A stretch of 64,000 nt of DNA. Source: Eledone cirrhosa (taxonomy: Eukaryota). The DNA lies in NCBI GenBank assembly GCA_964016885.1, contig OZ024742.1:146444001-146508000 (forward strand), in the 5' to 3' direction. The notes below the pieces were generated by a model. The model did not search any database. It saw nothing but the letters and a program-made list of their open reading frames with translations, and was not told the DNA's origin. Positions within the stretch are counted from its first letter, which is position 1. Every line of letters begins with the position of its first letter. The position numbers and the translations under genes were made by a program. Of this stretch, positions 1 through 9,700 are shown in pieces.

Positions 1-141
1 TTGAATCTATGAGATTTTGATGTTATTTATTTTGAGACCAATACCTTAACATGAGTATGAGCGGCCAGTTACAGTTGGTTTAACAGAAATCGGTGATATA
101 ATTCTGGCCGGATAAGGCTGGTTTAAATGCTGAAGGGTTAA
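1..141. mobile_element. Right end of a non-autonomous TTAA-ended (piggyBac-type) MITE-like element, truncated by the window start
   Basis: Ends GGCCGGATAAGGCTGGTTTAAATGCTGAAGGGTTAA (106-141), a ...AAGGG-TTAA terminus like the one at 2281-2290. Resembles an abundant octopus interspersed repeat from memory. Confidence 0.55.
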
Positions 142-178
142 ATCCTGTCATTTAGCAGTTCCACAAAAAAAAAAAAAA

Positions 179-292
179 TTGATAAAATAAATACCAAACT
201 AAAAAATAAGTTCTGAGATCAATATGACTGATTAAACTAAGGTGGTACCTTAGCATGGCTGCAGTCTAATGAGGAAAACCAGTAAAAGAAAA
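179..292 (+). mobile_element. Degenerate 3' fragment of a SINE
   Basis: GATAAAATAAATACCA...AAGGTGGTACCTTAGCATGGCTGCAGTCTAATGAGGAAAACCAGTAAAAGA is similar to the reverse complement of 6205-6320 (TCTTTTACTGGCTTCAGTCATTAGAC...GCCATGC). Confidence 0.6.
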
Positions 293-559
293 ATCTAAAA
301 AAAAATTTAAAAAACCCACTCCCACCCTTTCCAAAATGAAAAATTGACAAGAATGAAATCATTCCTCTGTCTTGCATGGCTAGTTTGGCTCCAACCCAAT
401 CCAGTTCAGCCATAATTCTGTGTTTAATGCACTTAGCTGACCTAATCTGGCAGGAAACATTATCTTTGCAGGAAACATTGATTCTGAAAAGGAAAACAAA
501 GAAAAAATAATTCATTTTTCCAATCCCAAGTATGAAATTAATTGTATCAATGTTACACA

Positions 560-775
560 CCACTTCTTATTATTACTGTTGTTGATGATGATGATACTAT
601 TGTTGTTGATACTGTTGTTGTTGTTGTTGTTGGTGATACTATTGTTGTTGATACTGTTGTTGTTGTCGTTGATATTATTGTTGTAGATACTGTTGTTATT
701 TCTGTCATTACTGTTGTTCCTGTTACTATGTTTGTTGTGACTGCTGTTGTTCTAGTTGTTACTGCTGTTGTGTTA
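560..775. repeat. Degenerate (GTT/GAT/ACT)n trinucleotide low-complexity tract
   Basis: Runs of GTTGTT, GATGAT and repeated GATACTATTGTTGTT units. Explains the Val-rich ORF 542-787. Confidence 0.9.
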
Positions 776-789
776 TATCAGATATAAGG

Positions 790-1187
790 AAGTATGCCTT
801 TATTTATTCAAAAACTTTCCACCATTATTTTATGTGAGAAGGTGGTGGATTGGCAGTATCGGTAGAGGGTCGGACGCCATGCTTTCCAGCATAGTTATGT
901 CCCTTTATGATCTGAGTTCAAATCCCGCCGAGGTTGACTTTGCCTTTCATCCTTACGGGGTCGATAAAATAAAGTACCAGTAATGTACTGGGTAATTGCT
1001 GGCCTTGTGCCTAAAGTAGAAACAATTATTTTATGTGAGAATTTTTGTTAAGATATGTTCCAAACACCAGCTTAATAATGAGAAAATTAGTTATTTTACT
1101 AAACCATTGAACATTCTTGACAATTTTCAAAATTATTTGAAAATCATAGGCAGTGTCTTTTATTAGTCGTAGGGTAATGAAATTTAA
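790..1187 (+). mobile_element. Degenerate copy of an AT-rich MITE-like repeat, interrupted by the SINE at 841-1024
   Basis: AAAAACTTTCCACCATTATTTTATGT...TTTGTTAAGATATGTTCCAAACACCAGCTTAATAATGAGAAAATTAGTT...GGTAATGAAA aligns by eye with 2100-2285 and 1845-1975. Confidence 0.7.
841..1024 (+). mobile_element. tRNA-derived SINE with perfect 17-bp target-site duplication
   Basis: A-box-like TGGCAGTATCGG (851-862), B-box GTTCAAATCC (916-925) and central GCCTTTCATCCTTACGGGGTCGATAAAATAAAGTACCAG. Flanked by ATTATTTTATGTGAGAA at 824-840 and 1025-1041. Confidence 0.9.
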
Positions 1188-1278
1188 ACGAACTTACTTA
1201 CCAAGGAATTTATCTACACCCCATCCCCTCACATACACCCCTAGATCCACCTCCCCAATCCCCCCCCCCCCACAAGTT

Positions 1279-1580
1279 CCCAGCTCATACTGTAAAGTAG
1301 TTGTGATGGCGACACAGCACCTAGCCCACACTGTAAAGTGGTAGTGTAAGTGTCATGACAGAAAGCTCCTAGCCTACACGGTAAAGTGGTCATGTAGATG
1401 TCATAACAAAAAACACCCAGCCCACACTATAAAGTAGTCATGTCGGTGTCACAATAAAAGGAACTCATCCCACACTGTAAAGTGACTGTGTAGGTGTCAT
1501 GACATAAGCGCCCAGCCTACACTGTAAAAGTGGTCATATAGGTGTCACTACAAAAAGCACCCAGCACTCACTGTAAATGT
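1279..1580 (+). repeat. Degenerate ~48-bp tandem repeat, about 7 copies
   Basis: CTGTAAAG-like core at 1290, 1331, 1379, 1427, 1475, 1522 and 1571 (spacing 41,48,48,48,47,49). Unit is roughly GGTGTCACAAAAAAGCACCCAGCCCACACTGTAAAGTGGTCATGTA. Confidence 0.85.
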
Positions 1581-1720
1581 GGTTGGTGTTAGGAAGGGCA
1601 TCCAGCCATAGAAACGAAGCCCAAACCAGTCCTGTATAAGCAAGTCATGGTCATCACAATGGGGTAACCTATCTAACCCATGCTAGCATGGAAAATGGAC
1701 GTTAAAGGATGATGATGATG
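1541..1720 (+). mobile_element. 3' end of a SINE/LINE-related retroelement with (GAT)n tail
   Basis: GGTTGGTGTTAGGAAGGGCATCCAGCCATAGAAAC...AACCCATGCTAGCATGGAAAATGGACGTTAAAGGATGATGATGATG. The same tail recurs at 2459-2506 (inverted) and 5828-5878. Confidence 0.75.
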
Positions 1721-1767
1721 TACCTTGCCGAAGAAGGACTGTATATCATGTAGGAATTTTGTTGTAT

Positions 1768-1975
1768 TTTTAATACCAAACCACATAAACTGCCCCTGGC
1801 TCTATGATATAAAAACTGGTTATTTTAAAGTGCTTATATTTATATCTAAAAACCTTCCATCATAATTGTATGTTAAGTAGCATTCCAAACACAAACTTAG
1901 TAATGAGAAAATCAGTTAAATCTTTTCATATTATTGATAATTTTCTATCTAAATTATGTGAAAATCATAAGCAGA
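1768..1975 (+). mobile_element. Partial copy of the AT-rich MITE-like repeat
   Basis: TACCAAACC...CTGGCTCTATGATA...TTTTAAAGTGCTTATATTTATATCTAAAAACCTTCCATCATAATT matches 2032-2125. Confidence 0.7.
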
Positions 1976-2018
1976 AACATAAATAAGTGCACCTCAGAGA
2001 AAAGACGAACGTTTTGTT

Positions 2019-2290
2019 ATAACTCTTTTGGTACCAAACTGTCTGAAACAGCCTCTGGTCCTATGATACAAGGCAGTTTGTTTTAAAGTGTTTATATTTA
2101 TCTAAAAACCTTTCATCATAATTTTATGTAATTTTATGTATCCTTTGTTAAGTCATGTTCCAACACCAGTTTAATAAGGAGAAATTTAGTTGTATCACTT
2201 AATCACACCAAATTCTTAATTATTAAAAAAATTATATGAAAACTATAGACAGTATCTTTTTACAAAAAAATATGGTAATGAAAGGGTTAA
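2019..2290 (+). mobile_element. Near-complete TTAA-ended MITE-like element with degenerate terminal inverted repeats
   Basis: Left end ATAACTCTTTTGGTACCA matches the reverse complement of the right end (TTAACCCTTTCATTACCA) at 13/18 positions. Right terminus AAAGGGTTAA. No coding capacity. Confidence 0.7.
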
Positions 2291-2458
2291 TCATCCATTC
2301 TTCACATACTTTAGATCTGACCTATAAGCTGTGTTCAGTTATGAAATATTTATACCCCTCTCCAACCCACTACTTATGCTTCCCTACATTCCATTGATGA
2401 GTTAGTATTAGGAATTATATATATATTCAGTGAATTCTCCCTCAAACCACACCCTACA

Positions 2459-2506
2459 GTCATCATCATCATTATTTGACATCAGCTTTCCTTGCTAGAA
2501 AGGGTT
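2459..2506 (-). mobile_element. Short retroelement 3' tail fragment
   Basis: CATCATCATCATTATTTGACATCAGCTTTCCTTGCTAG...GGGTT is approximately the reverse complement of the tail at 1675-1720. Confidence 0.6.
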
Positions 2507-2614
2507 ACAGTAGAGAATATGGTTGCAGATTTATTTCCTACACTTAAATAAAAATGGTATTGACATAAGTGACTTTGATCATAGGTCTACTGGATCTGAG
2601 ATGTGGGGCTAAGT

Positions 2615-2765
2615 AACAATTTCTAATTTAAGCACAAGGCCAACAATTTTTAGTGAAGAAGAAAGTCAATTATAGCAACCCCAGTATTTGACTGGTACTT
2701 TATTTTTGAACACAAAATGTAAAGACTTTAAACAAATTCTGCTAAGCATTTCTTCAATCTGGAGC
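2615..2765 (-). mobile_element. Degenerate, internally deleted SINE of the same family as 841-1024
   Basis: TTTCTAATTTAAGCACAAGGCCAACAATT and CTGGTACTTTATTTT are near reverse complements of 995-1022 and 966-980. Confidence 0.7.
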
Positions 2766-2784
2766 TACATAATAACAACTCAAA

Positions 2785-3222
2785 AATATACACACCTCTA
2801 CAATATATACACCTCAATAAAATACACACAATATATACACCTCTATAATATACACCTCTCTACAATATATACATCTCTACAATATATACACCTCAATAAT
2901 ATACACACCTCTACAATATATACATCTCTACAATATACACACCTAAATAACATACACACCTCTACAATATGCATAGATTAAAAATATATATACAATATAT
3001 ATATATATACTTCTACAAGATACACACCTCAACAATATACACACATAAACAACATACATACCATAACAGTATACACACCTCGATAATATATACACAAAAT
3101 ACACATCTCAACTATTTACAGACCACTACACACACACCATACACAAACATACACACACAACACACACCCTGCATACATCCTAAATATATCCTACACAAAC
3201 ACATATATATGCACACACCCTA
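2785..3222. repeat. TA/CA-rich low-complexity tract with ~19-bp ATATATACACCTCTACA-type units
   Basis: Repeated ATATACACCTC(T/A)ACA units grading into CA-rich sequence. Explains ORFs 2688-2981 and 2969-3223. Confidence 0.9.
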
Positions 3223-4313
3223 ACTACTACTACTTGTACTTGTGTCGACATTCACTCTGGATGAGTTGAGCTGGCTTCTTCCCTTGTCCTGACAGCATCC
3301 TGAACCATGGCAGCCCACACACGATGGTCACGGACTAGGTCACTGGAGATAGCGAGCCAGTCACGGTTCCATCGGCGCAGGCCGACCACCTGCGGACGTG
3401 AGAGTTCGGAGAGGTCCTCCTTGATTGTCATTGCCCAGGTCTTCAGCTGCCCGCCAATGCGCTTGCGCCAGTTAGGGAGTGGAGGTGAGAGGAGAACATC
3501 GCAAATCAGTTCACCCTCAGGGCGCCGGGCTGCGTGACCAAACCATCTCAAGCACCGTTGCAGAAGCACTGAAAGAAGGGGTCGAAGATTCAGGCGAAGA
3601 CGAAGACTGGTGGTAGGTACCCGATCAATGCGTGGGCAGCGAAGAATGCGGCGGAGACAGTCATTGTCGAAGACCTCCAGCCCTCGTTGATAGACTACCC
3701 TCATAGGCCATGTTTCACAGCCATAGAGGAGGATAGTTCGAACGACGGCCTGGTAGATTCGCCCTTTGGTGGCCGAGGTGATCTCTCTTCTGTCCCACAG
3801 ACACCGCTGGAGGCGCCTCAAAGTGGATCTGGCAGCACCTATGCGACGCTTGACCTCGGCTGCGCCCTGTCCCGTTGGAACGACTGTTGAGCCCAGGTAA
3901 ACAAAGGACTCCACATCCTCCAGGTCCACGCCCTCGAGAGATATTGGCTGCCAGGCATCAGGCGAGACCAGTGACGTCATGACCTTCGACTTGGCGGCAT
4001 TGATTCGTAGACCAACAGCGACGGCTGCAGTGTGCACCCTTTCGAGAGCACCTTGTACATCTGTCCCGTTAGCGCCCATCAGCACGATGTCATCCGCCAG
4101 GTCCGTCACCACGACCCCTCTTCCGACCTCTACGCCCAGGTAATTCCAGAGCGCTGTGTTGAGAATGTAGTCAATGGCATAGTTGAAGAGAGTTGGCAAT
4201 AGCGCACACCCCTGCCGAACACCTGTCCCAACATCGAACAACTCCGTCTCCCCACCATAGACCCTCACTCGAGCCCGAGTCGACTGGTAGTAGCCTTGTA
4301 TGAGACGAAGCAT
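3223..4313 (-). mobile_element. 5'-truncated non-LTR retrotransposon (RTE clade): C-terminal half of the reverse transcriptase plus C-terminal region and short tandem 3' tail; defective copy
   Basis: ORF 3252-4313 has GVRQGCALLPTLFNYAID, LADD, GLRINAAKSKVM, FVYLGS, LLYGCETW and LRWFGH motifs typical of RTE RTs. The very short 3' UTR ends in CAAGTACAAGTAGTAGTA on the minus strand. Visibly GC-rich against its flanks. No endonuclease domain or first RT subdomains. Confidence 0.95.
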
Positions 4314-4625
4314 ACATTACACCCCTACATAACCTACACATACACATCCTAGGCCTACTACACACTTAAATAAACCTCATTCAATCTAAACACATTTTAC
4401 ACCCACCCTCCCACATATTGTATACACCTAAACACAAACATACACATACATCCAGCACACACACCCTAAATATATATACACATTACACACACACATATCC
4501 TACATACACATACACCCTACACACAAACACAACATACACATACACCCAACACACGCACCCTACATATACATACACATTACACATACACACACATCCTACA
4601 TACACACACAACATATAGACACACC
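4314..4625. repeat. CA/TA-rich low-complexity tract, continuing the tract to the left of the LINE
   Basis: ACACATACACAT-type runs. Explains ORF 4418-4618. Confidence 0.9.
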
Positions 4626-4774
4626 TTCCACTCATCTCCAAGAATATATTTAACATGTATTTAACCCCTGTGTTTTACAAAGCCCAGGTATCTGTAGGGT
4701 TGACCACACAGAAACCTGCTATATTAAGTTCATCGATAAAATATCTATGTATATGTGTATAGATATACTGCATA

Positions 4775-4985
4775 ATATATTTATGATACATAATCATATT
4801 GTAAATGGAACCATATAATAATGTTTAAGTATAATAAACATATTACATAAGGAGTCATATAAAATATGTTTATGTATAATATACATATTATATATAGACC
4901 CATAATAACATGATTATGTATAATATACATATTGTATCATCATCATATATGATATGATGATGAAGACATATTGTATATAGATCCA
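4775..4985. repeat. Degenerate AT-rich ~44-bp tandem repeat, about 5 copies
   Basis: CATATT at 4795, 4839, 4884, 4928 and 4967, mostly preceded by ATG(T/A)TTA(T/A)GTATAAT-like sequence. Confidence 0.65.
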
Positions 4986-4987
4986 CA

Positions 4988-5318
4988 GTGAAGGCACATA
5001 GCTTATTGGTTAGGGTATTCAACTAACAATTGAAAGGTTGCAAGCTTGATTCCGGGTGATGTATTGTGTCCTTGAGCAGAACACTTTATTTCATGTTGCT
5101 TAGGTCCACCTAGTTGGCAAAAATGAGTTGTACCTGTAATTCAAAGATACAATCTTATCACACTTGTGTGTCCTACTGAATCTCAATGAGAACTATGTTA
5201 AGGGTGCACATGTCTGTGGAATGCTCAGCCACTTGTACATTAATTTCATAAGCAAGCAATTCTTTAGTTCAATCAACTGGAACACTTGTTTTCAAAAGTG
5301 ACAGAGTTCCAACAACAA
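4988..5318 (+). mobile_element. Diverged full-length tRNA-derived SINE with CORE-like segment
   Basis: A-box-like TAGCTTATTGG, degenerate B box GCTTGATTCC, then CORE-like TGTGTCCTTGAGCAGAACACTTTATTTCA, ending in short CAA repeats. The head matches the inverted copy at 5618-5729. Confidence 0.75.
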
Positions 5319-5617
5319 TATGTTTGTGTATAACAAAACAAATATATAGCCTTGCTGTGAATATTTTTAGCTGCAATCATATAACAGTTTCCTTAGTATC
5401 TGTGTAACTGTTGTAAACATATTTCAGGATTATAAAATCTATCGTCAGAATATGCTTACATGCTATAAGTTACTGAAATAGAGTAGGAATCGATCAACAA
5501 GATTGCTTACTGAGTGGGGTGGAACTTGTCAAATCAGACCAAGTAAACAATGTTTCCATTGCTCAATCTATTTCTGATATTATCTACCTATCACACCTCC
5601 TGGCAGAAAGAGCATCC

Positions 5618-5729
5618 TGAAATAAAATATCTTGTTTAAGGACATAACACATCGCCCTGTCCAGGAATCGAATTTGCAACCTCACAATTGTAAATCCAAT
5701 TTTCTAATCACTAAGTGACACACGTTCAC
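5618..5729 (-). mobile_element. 5' (tRNA head) fragment of the same SINE family, inverted
   Basis: Reverse complement reads GTGAACGTGTGTCACTTAGTGATTAG...ATTCGATTCCTGG...TATGTCCTTAAACAAGATATTTTATTTCA, collinear with 4988-5093. Confidence 0.7.
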
Positions 5730-5827
5730 TGAAGTAGTAGAAGCAAACATTTCTATTAAAGGTTTTGTAATCAAACTATTTTCGTTAATAGCTTGTTTAC
5801 ATAGGTTCAGAATAAATGTTTATATAG

Positions 5828-5878
5828 TTGCTAGCAAGGAAAATGGATATTAAATGATTATGATGATGATGATGATGA
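5828..5878 (+). mobile_element. Short retroelement 3' tail fragment with (GAT)n
   Basis: TGCTAGCAAGGAAAATGGATATTAAATGATTATGATGATGATG matches 1681-1720. Confidence 0.65.
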
Positions 5879-6194
5879 AGCTGATAGAAGGCTCTATGAA
5901 AGGCTTTATGCTCATAATGGGGTCCTTTTTAAAGCAATATTTTGTCATTCCTGACAAACCCTTTTAGTCACCTATTATGACATGCAGGGATACAGTGTAC
6001 CTATTCTAAACCAGATATATACAGCTTTATGAACTGAGTGAGACATATAGAATAAAGTGTCTTCTCTGACCAAGAGAAAGAACTAAATATTTGCACCCTA
6101 TGAAATATGGGCTGGTAGTACAATACTTTTGTAGCATAAACCTATCAAACCTTCTTTGATGCATACCATTCATACTTTCACACAAAAATGGATC

Positions 6195-6593
6195 ATTCTT
6201 TTAATCTTTTACTGGCTTCAGTCATTAGACAACAGCCATGCTTGGACACCACACAGAAGGAATTTAGTCAATCATATCAACCCCTGTACATATTTTTTAA
6301 AGTCTGGTACTTTTATTATCAATAATTTTCTGTCAAATCACTAAGTTAATGGGACATAAACAAGCAGTAGGCACAAAGACAGACATGCACACACACACAC
6401 ACACATACACACACACATATATGTATGTATAATACAGGCTTCAACACATTTTGCCCTCTTCCAAATTCCACTCAGCTGGCATTGGTCAACACAAAGCTTG
6501 TAGATGACACTTACTCCTAGTGTTACGCTGTATAACTGAGCCTGAAACCATGTAATCATATATGGATAAGATTCTTTTCAATCAAACAAACTA
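6195..6593 (-). mobile_element. Diverged SINE with internal (CA)n/(TA)n microsatellite
   Basis: The 3' part matches 179-292 in reverse. Internal (CA)n at 6388-6418. GACACTTACTCCTAG resembles the reverse complement of a CORE-like CCTTGGGCAAGTGTC. The overall layout matches an octopus SINE from memory. Confidence 0.65.
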
Positions 6594-6752
6594 TAAACCT
6601 TTAAATTCCTAGTAATTGAAAACCCAGTGACTATAGAAGGTGGGTGAACCAATACAGTCATTGTCTCAGAGAGTGAAGGAAGGGCCCATGAATATCTGAC
6701 ATATTCTCTTCCTTAAAAATTCTCTCAGTCGACTAGAATTTTGAAAGAGCCC

Positions 6753-9700
6753 TTTCCCTTCTCATAGGGCTTAGAAGCAGTCATCTTTCCCTTCTCATAG
6801 GACTTAGAAGCAGTCATCTTTCTCTTCTCATAGGGCTTAGAAGCAGTCATCATTCCCTTCTCATAGGGCTTAGAAGCAGTCATCTTTCCCCTCTTATAGG
6901 GCTTAGAAGCCATCATCTTTCCCCTCTCATAGGGCTTAGAAGCAGTCATCTTTCCCCTCACATAGGGCTTAGAAGCTGTCATCTTTCCCCTCTCATAGGG
7001 CTTAGAAGCAGTCATCATTCCCCTCTCATAGGGCTTAGAAGTTGTCATCTTTCCCCTCTCATAGGGCTTAGAAGCCATCATCATTCTCTTCTCATAGGGC
7101 TTAGAAACAGTCATCTTTCCCCTCTCATAGGGCTTAGAAGCTATCATCTTTCCCCTCTCATAGGGCTTAGAAGCTATCATCTTTCCCCTCTCATAGGGCT
7201 TAGAAGCTGTCATCTTTCCCTTCTCATAGGGCTTAGAAGCTGTCATCTTTCCCCTCTCATAAAGCTTAGAAGCCATCATCATTCCCTTCTCATAGGGCTT
7301 AGAAGCAGTCATCTTTCCCTTCTCATAGGGCTTAGAAACCGTCATCTTTCCCTTCTCATAGGGCTTAGAAGCAGTCATCTTTCCCTTCTCATAGGGCTTA
7401 GAAACCGTCATCTTTCCCTTCTCATAGGGCTTAGAAGCTGTAATCTTTCCCCTCTCATAGGGCTTAGAAGCTATCATCTTTCCCCTCTCATAGGGCTTAG
7501 AAGCTGTCATCTTTCCCTTCTCATAGGGCTTAGAAGCTGTCATCTTTCCCCTCTCATAAAGCTTAGAAGCCATCATCATTCCCTTCTCATAGGGCTTAGA
7601 AGCAGTCATCTTTCCCTTCTCATAGGGCTTAGAAACCGTCATCTTTCCCTTCTCATAGGGCTTAGAAGCAGTCATCTTTCCCTTCTCATAGGGCTTAGAA
7701 ACCGTCATCTTTCCCTTCTCATAGGGCTTAGAAGCTGTAATCTTTCCCCTCTCATAGGGCTTAGAAGCAGTCATCTTTCCTCTCTCATAGGGCTTAGAAG
7801 CCATCATCTTTCCCCTCTCATAGGGCTTAGAAGCAGTCATCTTTCCCCTCTCATAGGGCTTAGAAGCAGTCAACTTTCCCCTCTCATAGAGCTTAGAAGC
7901 CATCATCTTTCCCCTCTCATAGGGCTTAGAAGCAGTCATCATTCCCTTCTCTTAGGGCTTAGAAGCAGTCATCTTTCCCTTCTCATAGGGCTTAGAAGCC
8001 ATCATCTTTCCCTTCTCATAGGGCTTAGAAGCCATCATCTTTCCCTTCTCATAGGGCTTAGAAGCAGTCATCATTCCCTTCTCATAGGGCTTAGAAGCAG
8101 TCATCTTTCCCTTCTCATAGGGCTTAGAAGCTGTCATCATTCCCCTCTCATAGGGCTTAGAAGCAGTCATCTTTCCCTTCTCATAGGGCTTAGAGTCATC
8201 TTTCCCTTCTCATAGAGCTTAGAAGCAGTCATCATTCCCTTCTCATAGGGCTTAGAAGCCATCATCTTTCCCTTCTCATAGGGCTTAGAAGCAGTCATCT
8301 TTCCCTTCTCATAGGGCTTAGAAGCTGTCATCATTCCCTTCTCATAGGGCTTAGAAGCTATCATATTTCCCCTCTCATAGGGCTTAGAAGCAGTCATCTT
8401 TCCCCTGTCATAGGGCTTAGAAGCCATCATCTTTCCCTTCTCATAGGGCTTAGAAGCAGTCATCATTCCCTTCTCATAGGGCTTAGAAGCAGTCATCATT
8501 CCCTTCTCATAGGGCTTAGAAGCCATCATCTTTCCCTTCTCATAGGGCTTAGAAGCCATCATCTTTCCCTTCTCATAGGGCTTAGAAGCAGTCATCATTC
8601 CCTTCTCATAGGGCTTAGAAGCAGTCATCATTCCCTTCTCATAGGGCTTAGAAGCCATCATCGTTCCATTCTCATAGGGCTTAGAAGCCATCATTTTTCC
8701 CTTCTCATAGAGCTTAGAAGCTGTCATCTTTCCCTTCTCATAGGGCTTAGAAGCCATCATCTTTCCCTTCTCATAGGGCTTAGAAGCCATCATCTATTCC
8801 TTCTCATAGAGCTTAGAAGCTGTCATCATTCCCTTCTCATAGGGCTTAGAAGCAGTCATCTTTCCCTTCTCATAGGGCTTAGAAGCTGTCATCTTTCCCT
8901 TCTCATAGAGCTTAGAAGCTGTCATCATTCCCCTCTGATAGGGCTTAGAAGCTGTCATCATTCCCCTCTGATAGGGCTTAGAAGCTGTCATCATTCCCCT
9001 CTCATAGGGCTTAGAAGCTGTCATCATTCCCTTCTCATAGGGCTTAGAAGCTGTCATCATTCCCCTCTCATAGGGCTTAGAAGCTGTCATCATTCACCTC
9101 TCATAGGGCTTAGAAGCTGTCATCATTCCCTTCTCAGAGGGCTTAGAAGCAGTATTCTTTCCCTTCTCATAGAGCTTAGAAGCTGTCATCATTCCCTTCT
9201 CATAGGGCTTAGAAGCCATCATCTTTCCCTTCTCATAGGGCTTAGAAGCAGTCATCTTTCCCCTCTCATAGGGCTTAGAAGCCATCATCTTGCCCTTCTC
9301 ATAGGGCTTAGAAGCCATCATCTTTCCCTTCTCATAGGGCTTAGAAGCAGTCATCATTCCCTTCTCATAGGGCTTAGAAGCAGTCATCATTCCCTTCTCA
9401 TAGGGCTTAGAAGCCATCATCTTTCCCTTCTCATAGGGCTTAGAAGCAGTCATCATTCCCTACTCATAGGGCTTAGAAGCTGTCATCATTCCCCTCTCAT
9501 AGGGCTTAGAAGCAGTCATCTTTCCCCTGTCATAGGGCTTAGAAGCCATCATCTTTCCCTTCTCATAGGGCTTAGAAGCCATCATCTTTCCCTTCTCATA
9601 GGGCTTAGAAGCAGTCATCATTCCCTTCTCATAGGCCTTAGAAGCTGTCATCATTCCCTTCTCATAGGGCTTAGAAGCTGTCATCATTCCCTTCTCATAG

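Noticed and set aside
841-930. tRNA gene
   Set aside because: A and B boxes are present, but I could not form a cloverleaf, and the SINE body and TSD identify it as a SINE head.
237-3223. Short ORFs 237-563, 542-787, 756-983, 1153-1344, 2688-2981 and 2969-3223 as genes
   Set aside because: They lie largely in microsatellite, low-complexity, SINE or MITE sequence, with biased composition and no recognisable domain.
3205-4335. Target-site duplication around the LINE
   Set aside because: Only a loose ACACCCT/ACACCCCT similarity within low-complexity flanks, which cannot be told from chance.
3307-4618. ORFs 3307-3537, 3687-3890, 4171-4365 and 4418-4618
   Set aside because: Antisense or alternative frames of the GC-rich LINE, or CA-repeat translation.
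4935-4963. Imperfect palindrome TCATCATCATATATGATATGATGATGA
   Set aside because: Simple (CAT)n/(ATG)n juxtaposition in low-complexity DNA.
6156-6559. ORFs 6156-6344 and 6341-6559
   Set aside because: Within a diverged SINE and its (CA)n tract.
6757-6778. Heat-shock element (TTC...GAA)
   Set aside because: Only two matching pentamers separated by two non-matching ones, not three alternating nGAAn units.
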